The notes under the pieces are model-generated. The model did no database searches. It was given only the letters and a program-made list of their open reading frames with translations, and was not told where the DNA came from. From assembly GCA_038740375.1 (NCBI GenBank), contig JAVYLW010000005.1:6085-70084 (forward strand): a DNA stretch of 64,000 nucleotides, in the 5' to 3' direction. This document shows, one piece after another, positions 7,630 through 15,577 of this stretch (position 1 is its first letter; each line of letters starts with the position of its first letter). The DNA is from Candidatus Pacearchaeota archaeon (lineage in GTDB: Archaea > Nanobdellota > Nanobdellia > Pacearchaeales > GW2011-AR1). The position numbers were made by a program, and so were the translations under genes.

Positions 7630-10044
7630 ATGATAAATAAGAAAAAACAATATATTCTTTGGTTTGATGAACTTGGAATTGAAGATGTTCCTTTAGTAGG
7701 TGGAAAAAATGCTTCATTAGGTGAAATGTATCAAGAACTTACTAAAAAAGGAGTTAAGATTCCAAATGGCTTTGCAATAACAGCCTATGCTTATAGATAT
7801 TTTATTGAAAAAGCAGGTATTAAAACAAGGATAAAAGAAATTCTTTCTGATCTTGATACAAAAAATTTAAAAAATCTTTCAGAAAGAGGTCATAGAGTTA
7901 GAGAAACTATTTTATCTGCTGAACTTCCTGAAGATTTAAAAAATGAAATAGTGAAAGCTTATATATATCTATGTAAAGAGTATGGTCTGAATACTGATGT
8001 TGCAGTAAGAAGTTCAGCAACTGCAGAAGATCTTCCAGATGCAAGTTTTGCAGGACAACAGGAAACTTTTTTAAATATTCGTGGAGAACATGCTCTTCTT
8101 GATGCTTGTAAAAAATGTTTTGCTTCTTTGTTTACAAATAGAGCAATTTCTTATCGTGCAGATAAACATTTTGATCATTTTAATATTGCATTATCAATAG
8201 GTGTTCAAAAGATGGTAAGAAGTGATCTTGCATGTTCTGGAGTAATGTTTTCTATTGATACAGAAACAGGTTTTCCAGATGTAGTTTTTATAACAAGTTC
8301 ATATGGTTTAGGAGAAAATATTGTGCAAGGTGCGGTAAATCCAGATGAATTTTATGTTCACAAGCCAACTTTAAAAAAAGGTTTTAAACCAATAATCTAC
8401 AAAAGATTAGGAGAAAAATCCATTAAAATGGTTTATAGCAATGAAGGAATAAAAACAACAAAAAATGTTTCAGTTCCAATAGAAGAAAGAAAAGTTTTTT
8501 CTTTAAATGACGATGAGATTCTTCTTCTGGCAAAATGGGCATGCATAATAGAAGATCATTATTCAAAAAAAGCAGGAAAATTCAAACCTATGGATATGGA
8601 ATGGGCAAAAGATGGAAAAAATAATGAATTATATATAGTTCAGGCAAGACCTGAGACAGTTCAAAGTCAAAAAGACAGAAATATATTAGAAGAATATGTT
8701 TTAAAACAAAAAGGAAAGATTATTGTTGAAGGTGCAAATGTTGGTTCAAAAATTGCAAATGGAAAAGCTAATGTGATAAAAGATGTTTCTGGAATAAATG
8801 CTTTCAAAAAAGGAGAAATTTTAGTAACAGATATGACAGACCCTGATTGGGAACCTATAATGAAAATTGCATCTGCAATTGTAACAAATAGAGGAGGAAG
8901 AACTTGTCATGCTGCTATAATTTCACGAGAACTTGGAATTCCATGTATAGTTGGAACAAATAATGCAACTCAAAAAATTAAAACAGGTCAAAATATTACT
9001 GTTAATTGTAGTGAAGGAGAAAGAGGTTTTGTTTATGATGGTTTGTTAAAATTTCAGATTATTAAACATAATTTAAAAGATATTCCAAAAACAAAAACAA
9101 AAATAATGATGAATATAGGTTCTCCTAATTCTGCATTTGAACAAAGTTTTATTCCTAATGATGGTGTCGGTCTTGCAAGAGAAGAATTTATTATTAATTC
9201 TTATATACAGATACATCCTGAAGCATTAATACATTTTGATTCATTAAAGGATAAAAATGTTAAAAAAGAAATAGAAGAACTAACTTATGGTTATAAAAAT
9301 AAACCGCAATATTTTGTTGATAAGCTTGCAGAAGGAATTGCAATGATTGCAGCTGCATTTTATCCAAAAGATGTTATTGTTAGAGCTTCTGATTTTAAAA
9401 CAAACGAATATGCAAATTTGATAGGAGGAAAAGAATTTGAACCAAAAGAAGATAATCCTATGATAGGATGGCGAGGAGCATCAAGATATTATAAAGAAGG
9501 ATATAAAGATGGATTTATTTTAGAATGTAAGGCATTTAAAAAGGTTAGAGATGAATTTGGTTTAACAAATGTTAAAATAATGATACCTTTTTGTAGAACT
9601 GTGGAAGAAGGTAAAAAAGTAATAGAGATTATGGAAAAACAAGGTTTAAAAAGAGGTAAAAATGGACTTGAAATATACGTTATGTGTGAAATTCCTTCTA
9701 ATGTGATATTAGCAGATGAGTTCTCAAAAATATTTGACGGTTTTTCAATAGGCAGCAATGATTTGACACAATTAATTTTAGGTCTTGATAGAGATAGCCA
9801 GATTGTTTCAGATATTTATGATGAAAGAAATGAAGCTGTTAAAATAATGATAAAACAAGTTATTGAAAAGGCGAAAAAAAATCATAAAAAAATAGGAATT
9901 TGCGGACAAGCTCCAAGCGACTTTCCTGATTTTGCAGAATTTTTAGTAGAGTGTGGAATAGATTCAATATCTTTAAATCCTGATACAGTTATTAAAACAA
10001 GAATTAAAATAGCAGAAAAAGAAAAAAAACTACGTGAAAAATAA
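7630..10044 (+). CDS. ppsA: Phosphoenolpyruvate synthase
   Basis: GGKNASLGEM, AVRSSATAEDLPDASFAGQQ, GGRTCHAAI (phospho-His), FSIGSNDLTQ, GICGQAPSD. GAGG upstream. Confidence 0.96.
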   Translation: MINKKKQYILWFDELGIEDVPLVGGKNASLGEMYQELTKKGVKIPNGFAITAYAYRYFIEKAGIKTRIKEILSDLDTKNLKNLSERGHRVRETILSAELPEDLKNEIVKAYIYLCKEYGLNTDVAVRSSATAEDLPDASFAGQQETFLNIRGEHALLDACKKCFASLFTNRAISYRADKHFDHFNIALSIGVQKMVRSDLACSGVMFSIDTETGFPDVVFITSSYGLGENIVQGAVNPDEFYVHKPTLKKGFKPIIYKRLGEKSIKMVYSNEGIKTTKNVSVPIEERKVFSLNDDEILLLAKWACIIEDHYSKKAGKFKPMDMEWAKDGKNNELYIVQARPETVQSQKDRNILEEYVLKQKGKIIVEGANVGSKIANGKANVIKDVSGINAFKKGEILVTDMTDPDWEPIMKIASAIVTNRGGRTCHAAIISRELGIPCIVGTNNATQKIKTGQNITVNCSEGERGFVYDGLLKFQIIKHNLKDIPKTKTKIMMNIGSPNSAFEQSFIPNDGVGLAREEFIINSYIQIHPEALIHFDSLKDKNVKKEIEELTYGYKNKPQYFVDKLAEGIAMIAAAFYPKDVIVRASDFKTNEYANLIGGKEFEPKEDNPMIGWRGASRYYKEGYKDGFILECKAFKKVRDEFGLTNVKIMIPFCRTVEEGKKVIEIMEKQGLKRGKNGLEIYVMCEIPSNVILADEFSKIFDGFSIGSNDLTQLILGLDRDSQIVSDIYDERNEAVKIMIKQVIEKAKKNHKKIGICGQAPSDFPDFAEFLVECGIDSISLNPDTVIKTRIKIAEKEKKLREK

Positions 10045-10178
10045 TCTCTTAATCTTTTTTATAAAATATCAGAAATAAAAACGATAATCAAAAAATAGGT
10101 TTATTATAAAAGTATTTTTACTATACATTCAATTCTCCAAGTTAAAATTGAAAATATTTTTTCTAAATCTTTAGTAAG

Positions 10179-10325
10179 TAAGAAATCCAAATTTTTTTTA
10201 AAGGACAGATGAATTCGCAGTATCTCTAACTAAATATATAAAGAATAAGGAGATAATTCCTTGTTTTACGCAATATTAAAATACTAGAGACACTTTCAAC
10301 TTTAATGGATGTAATAGAAATCATA
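10179..10325 (+). mobile_element. Degenerate copy of short IS200/IS605-end-like element
   Basis: TAAGAAATCC...TTTAAAGGACAGATGAATT left motif. The internal and right parts align by eye with 62136-62280. Confidence 0.5.
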
Positions 10326-10596
10326 TATTCTTACAATTCATTATATAATTTAATTTTAAATATTAAAATTATTCTAACTTTTTTACGAGTTATTTCATAA
10401 TATTATTAAAAGAATATGAAATAATAGGAGAATAGTAACAATGATAATTTCTGTAACTAATTTACTATGTTAGTGAATTATAAATAAAAATATTATTAAA
10501 ATTATATATTATAATGCTTATTTTATATTACTAAATTATTTTTAAACTCATTAGTTTATTCATTAATTATAATCTTTATTGTAAGGAGGTTGAAAA

Positions 10597-11304
10597 ATGA
10601 GGTTAAAAATAATATTATCAATTTTTTTGATATTTTTAGCATTAGAATTGATTAGTTTTGGAGTTGTTAATGCTGAGGCAATTAGACCTGCAAATCAAGA
10701 AAATTTGAATAAAGGTTATATGCCTTTACAAGGTTCATCTTACAGTTCAAGCGGTTCTCAGAGTCATGACAAACCTTCAGATATTAGGCCAGCTCCACAA
10801 ACAACAGACAGAGGTGTTGGAGAACAAATTAGACCTGCAAATCAGATAGATCTTCAAAAAGATTTTAAACCAAGTGAAGGTTCAGACTACAGTTCTGGTA
10901 TAGACGGACAACAGAATGCTAAAATATCAATGTATGTTGTTTTAAATCCGCAAAGTAAGACAGAATTTGTTCTTAATGAAACAACAAATGAAACAGAAGA
11001 AGTTATTGTTACTTCTGATGCATCTGGTTCAGGTTCTTTTGTGCTTGACGAACTTGCTAATAGTTTAAGCTTTAATATCTCTTATCAAGGCTTATCATCA
11101 AATGAAACATCTGCTACAATAAATAGAATATTTAACAATACAGTTGAAACTCTTTATGTTTTGCCTTTAGGACAAAAGAAAATTGGCATATGGACATATG
11201 ATCAGTGTTTGGAATTAGATATAAAAAATGGTTTAACTTATATAGATATAAAATCAATTCTATTTCCAGCAGGAGAACTTAAAGGCGAAATTTTAATGAT
11301 ATAA
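10597..11304 (+). CDS. Secreted protein with IRPA(N/P)Q repeats and a degenerate C-terminal CHRD domain
   Basis: GGAGGT RBS and signal peptide. TSDASGSGSF..L...LSFNISYQGLSSNETSA...GLTYIDIKS..FPAGELKGEI matches the CHRD pattern. Confidence 0.7.
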   Translation: MRLKIILSIFLIFLALELISFGVVNAEAIRPANQENLNKGYMPLQGSSYSSSGSQSHDKPSDIRPAPQTTDRGVGEQIRPANQIDLQKDFKPSEGSDYSSGIDGQQNAKISMYVVLNPQSKTEFVLNETTNETEEVIVTSDASGSGSFVLDELANSLSFNISYQGLSSNETSATINRIFNNTVETLYVLPLGQKKIGIWTYDQCLELDIKNGLTYIDIKSILFPAGELKGEILMI

Positions 11305-11563
11305 TTTTTGTTTTATTTTTATATTTTTTATTTTATTTAATTTTTAGTTTATCTTACTTACATATAAATAATAATATATAGCTAAGATATAAGGAAAATT
11401 TTTTAGTTTTAATTACTTAAAATATTTTTTCTTTTTAACTTAATAAGAAATAAAGTTTTTAAGGAAAAAATTTAAGAAAATCTTTATTAACTATAAACAT
11501 CTATTCATATTTTAAATAATATAAAATAATCAAATTTATAAATAATAATTTTCTTTAAACTTT

Positions 11564-13069
11564 ATGAGTGAAGAGCAAATTTTAACAGAGGAGAAAAAAA
11601 GAAAATCTAAAAAAATAAGCAAAAAAGCAAATATATATAGTTATTTAGCTAAAAAAATAATTTATTTTCCTTTATTAAGAAATTCTTTAATTAAAATGCT
11701 TGAAAATAAGATGTATCAAGAAGCAGTGGTTAATTGTAAAGATCATCCAAAAAAAGTTCAAGAAAGAAAAATACAATATTTATCAGCATTATTATCATCA
11801 GGAATAAGAAATTTTGATAGAGGATATATCTCTAAAGAATTCATAAATCGAGCATTTGATACTTTAATAAAATTCGGATTTACTGAAAAAGAATTATTAA
11901 GAGAAATTGTTGATAAATTCAAAGAAAAATACGGTCAATTACCTCCTACTTTTATAGTTCTATCTCCTACACAAAAATGTAATCTTTCTTGTATAGGATG
12001 TTATGCATCTTCAAACTTCAACTCTGCTGCTTTTTTGCCGTATGAAATAGTTGATAAAATTGTAGATGAAGTTTATAATGAATGGGCAAATAGATTTTTT
12101 GTAATTTCAGGAGGAGAACCATTAATGTATAATGATAATGGAAAAACTTTATTTGATGTATGGGAAAAATATAAAGATATGTTTTTTTTGTTTTTTACAA
12201 ATGGAACTCTAATTGATATAGATACAGCAAAAAAACTTGCAAGAGTTGGAAATGCAACTCCTGCAATATCTATTGAAGGTTATGAAAAAGAAACTGATGA
12301 AAGAAGAGGTAAGGGAACTTTTAAAAAAATTCTCGAAGCAACAGAGAATTTAAAAAAAGTAGGAGTTCCTTTTGGAGTTTCAGTAACAGTAACTAAGAAA
12401 AATTTTGATTTATTAAAAGAAGAAAGTTTTTATGATTTTTGTTTTAAAGAACTTGGAGCTAGCTATATGTGGATGTTTCAATTGATGCCTATAGGAAAAG
12501 CTACATGTGTAAAAGAACTTATGATTACACCTGAACAAAGAGTGGTATTATTCAGAGTATGGGAAAAAATGCTTTCAGAAAAAAAATATCCTGTAGGAGA
12601 CTTTTGGAATTCAGGACCGCTTTCTGATGGTTGTATTGCTTATGGAAGAAATGGCGGTTATTTATATATTGATTGGAACGGAAATATTCCTCCATGCGCA
12701 TTTGTTCCATTTTATGAAGATAATATAATAGAACTATATTCAAAAGGAAAAAAATTGTCAGATGCACTTTTTTCTAAACTGTTTATTAATGGAAGAAAAT
12801 GGCAACAGGAATACGGTTTAAGTCACACTAATAATCCAGGTAATTGGCTTATGCCTTGTTCAATAAGAGATAATTGGAAAACTTTTAAAAAATATGTTTT
12901 AACTGAAAATTCAAAACCAGAAGATTCTGCAGCAAAAGAATTTATTGAATCAAAGGAAATAGATAAATTATTAGAAGAATTTGACGACAATTTAGAAAAA
13001 CTCACGAGACCTATTTGGGAAAATGAATATTTAGATAAGGATTCTAATAAATCTTATAATAAAATTTAA
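11564..13069 (+). CDS. Radical SAM/SPASM-domain protein
   Basis: CNLSCIGC (CxxxCxxC), SGGEP, FTNGT and the SPASM/Twitch motif GCIAYGRNGGYLYIDWNGNIPPCAF. Confidence 0.9.
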   Translation: MSEEQILTEEKKRKSKKISKKANIYSYLAKKIIYFPLLRNSLIKMLENKMYQEAVVNCKDHPKKVQERKIQYLSALLSSGIRNFDRGYISKEFINRAFDTLIKFGFTEKELLREIVDKFKEKYGQLPPTFIVLSPTQKCNLSCIGCYASSNFNSAAFLPYEIVDKIVDEVYNEWANRFFVISGGEPLMYNDNGKTLFDVWEKYKDMFFLFFTNGTLIDIDTAKKLARVGNATPAISIEGYEKETDERRGKGTFKKILEATENLKKVGVPFGVSVTVTKKNFDLLKEESFYDFCFKELGASYMWMFQLMPIGKATCVKELMITPEQRVVLFRVWEKMLSEKKYPVGDFWNSGPLSDGCIAYGRNGGYLYIDWNGNIPPCAFVPFYEDNIIELYSKGKKLSDALFSKLFINGRKWQQEYGLSHTNNPGNWLMPCSIRDNWKTFKKYVLTENSKPEDSAAKEFIESKEIDKLLEEFDDNLEKLTRPIWENEYLDKDSNKSYNKI

Positions 13070-13074
13070 TTAAT

Positions 13075-13383
13075 ATGGTTAATAAAAATAGTTTTATTTA
13101 TACAGAAGAAAGTATAACTCTTATTTCAGGAGCAATAATAAAAAGAGCAATCGATGATATAACTTTGTATAGCCCGGATACTTTAGAATATCAACGTGCA
13201 ATAAAATGGCTTTGTCATAATGGAAAAAATGGTTATTATATATCTTTTAATATGATATGCGAGGCATATGAAGTAGAACCTTCTTTTTTAAGAAAAAAAA
13301 TATATAATTTACCAAAAGTGAATAAAAAATTAAAAAAAATTGGAATTTTAGAAGAACTATTAAAAATGAATACTATTGATTAG
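13075..13383 (+). CDS. Hypothetical protein, co-oriented 5 nt after the radical SAM gene
   Basis: 102-aa ORF with protein-like composition and no recognised motif. Confidence 0.6.
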   Translation: MVNKNSFIYTEESITLISGAIIKRAIDDITLYSPDTLEYQRAIKWLCHNGKNGYYISFNMICEAYEVEPSFLRKKIYNLPKVNKKLKKIGILEELLKMNTID

Positions 13384-13566
13384 TTATAATCTTTAATTCT
13401 TTATATTTTTATTTATATACAAACTTTATAATTTTTTTAAAATAATCTTTTTCAATTAATAAAATAATATAACTAATTTATTAATTTTAAAATATTTATA
13501 AATAAATATTTTTATTTTTATAATTTTGGAAAAATAGTTTTTCTTTTTATAAAAAACCTGTAATTT

Positions 13567-14490
13567 TTAGTTTGTTTTATTAAAGATTATTTTTAAGTAT
13601 TTAACTATGTCAGGATACATTTTTTCACAAAATCCATGCATACAAGATTTATCATCATATATACTGAAATTTTTAGGTTCATTAGCTTTGTTAAAAGTTT
13701 TTTTTGCTGATTCTAATGTAACAACACTATCGTTTACAGAATGTAACATAAAAAAATAGTTTGGAGAAATTCTATCAACATAATTATCAGGATCAATTGA
13801 TAATAAATATGTGCTGTAAGGTGCATAAGGGTCATATTTAAAATCAAATCCAGAAGAACTTACTACAATTACTCCTTTTATTCTTTTGTCAATTCCACCA
13901 GCAATTATACAATATCTTCCTCCCATACTTTCTCCAACTAAGGCTATATTATCTTTGTCAACACCTTTTATATTTTTTAAAACATCATAACTTCTTAAAA
14001 TATCATAAACTGATAAATGCTGAATAGGCTCTTTTCCACTAGAAAACATTTTATAATCATCATCTAAATTTAAATAAATTCCTCCTGTTTCACCAATACC
14101 TCTTTGATCAATTACAAGAACGGAATATCCTGAATTTGCAATAAATCTTGCTATATCAATTCTTTTTTCTTTTTCAACACCTCCTCCTGGTGCAATAACA
14201 ACTCCTGGAACTGAATAATCTTTTTTGGGTAAGAATAATAAACCATAAATTTTTGTTTCATCCTCTAAAAATTTTTTTGTGTAAAAACTTATGTTATAAA
14301 TGCTATAATTAAAATTTTCTTCTCTTAAAATTAGGTTATATTTTACTTTTCCTCTATCTTTGGAATAATATATTCTATTTCCTTTAATGGAATAATTATC
14401 TTTATCATTTTTATAAAAATAAAAAAATAGCGTAATTATTATAACAAATATTAAGATTGTTAAAATAAAGAAACTTATTTTCTTTTTCAT
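13567..14490 (-). CDS. Membrane-anchored alpha/beta hydrolase
   Basis: N-terminal TM, DQRGIGE, nucleophile elbow GESMGG, HSVNDSVV (Asp) and MHG (His). Confidence 0.9.
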   Translation of the reverse strand: MKKKISFFILTILIFVIIITLFFYFYKNDKDNYSIKGNRIYYSKDRGKVKYNLILREENFNYSIYNISFYTKKFLEDETKIYGLLFLPKKDYSVPGVVIAPGGGVEKEKRIDIARFIANSGYSVLVIDQRGIGETGGIYLNLDDDYKMFSSGKEPIQHLSVYDILRSYDVLKNIKGVDKDNIALVGESMGGRYCIIAGGIDKRIKGVIVVSSSGFDFKYDPYAPYSTYLLSIDPDNYVDRISPNYFFMLHSVNDSVVTLESAKKTFNKANEPKNFSIYDDKSCMHGFCEKMYPDIVKYLKIIFNKTN

Positions 14491-14584
14491 ATCCTTTTAT
14501 GTTTATTTAGATATTTTAATTTTACTTTTATTAAATATAGAAACTTTAAATTTATTTTAATAAAACATAAGAAATAATTTTTTA

Positions 14585-14660
14585 TAGCGGGGGCAGGATT
14601 TGAACCGTGCGACCTCCGGGTTATGGGCCCGGCGAGAACTCCAAGCTTCTCCACCCCGCT
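14585..14660 (-). tRNA. Initiator tRNA-Met(CAT)
   Basis: A1:U72 pair (AGCGGGG/CCCCGCT), three G-C pairs at the base of the anticodon stem, CAT anticodon, TTCAAAT T-loop. Confidence 0.93.
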
Positions 14661-14723
14661 ATAAATATTATATAAATTCAAAATATAAAAACCCTTTTAA
14701 ACTTAACTGTCTATTTTTTAATT

Positions 14724-15374
14724 ATGGTAAAAGTTCTTGGAATTGATGAAGCAGGAAGAGGTTCAGTTATAGGACCTTTAATTATTGCAGGTGTAATGAT
14801 TCATGATGGAAAGGAAGCAGAACTTGGTGCTGTTAAAGACTCCAAAATTTTACAACATAAAAAGAGGATAGAATTAAATCATATGATTCAATCTCACTCA
14901 GAATTTATGATTATTGAAGTTTCTCCTAAAGAAATTGATGAAGCTGTTGATTCATTAAATAAAAAAATGAATTTAAATTGGCTTGAAGCTCATAAACAGG
15001 CTGAAATTATAAATAAAATGAAACCAGATATTGCAATAATTGATTGTCCAAGTCCTAATTGTAAAAAATATACTGAATATTTAAGAAATTTATTGAGTGA
15101 AGATTTAAAGAGAATAAAATTAATTGTTGAGCATAAAGCAGATGTAAATTATCCTGTTTGCAGTGCAGCATCTATAGTTGCAAAAGTTAAAAGAGAAGAA
15201 GAAATAGCAAAACTAAGAGAAAAATACGGAGAAATAGGCCCAGGTTATTCTTCAAATCCAATAACTCGAAAATTTATAAAAGAAAATTGGGAAAAACATC
15301 CAGAAATTTTTAGACACACTTGGGTTACTTTTAAAAATCATGAAAAAGCTAAAGCACAAAAAACTTTATTATAG
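14724..15374 (+). CDS. rnhB: Ribonuclease HII
   Basis: GIDEAGRGSVIGP, VKDSK, EHKAD, SAASIVAKV. Confidence 0.95.
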   Translation: MVKVLGIDEAGRGSVIGPLIIAGVMIHDGKEAELGAVKDSKILQHKKRIELNHMIQSHSEFMIIEVSPKEIDEAVDSLNKKMNLNWLEAHKQAEIINKMKPDIAIIDCPSPNCKKYTEYLRNLLSEDLKRIKLIVEHKADVNYPVCSAASIVAKVKREEEIAKLREKYGEIGPGYSSNPITRKFIKENWEKHPEIFRHTWVTFKNHEKAKAQKTLL

Positions 15375-15577
15375 TAAATTTTTATATTCTATTAATTTGA
15401 AAGATTACATAATTATAATTTATAAACATTAATCGTCCTTAATTTAACAATTAAAATTCTAAAAAAATTGATTTATTTGAATGAAAAAAACATAAAAATT
15501 TATTTTATCTTTATTAAAAACTTATTTATTTTTCATATTCAAATAACCTTTAAAAATATACTTTTTCTAAAATATTT

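Noticed and set aside
14487-14681. 64-aa ORF
   Set aside because: It overlaps the initiator tRNA-Met gene, so it is a spurious translation.
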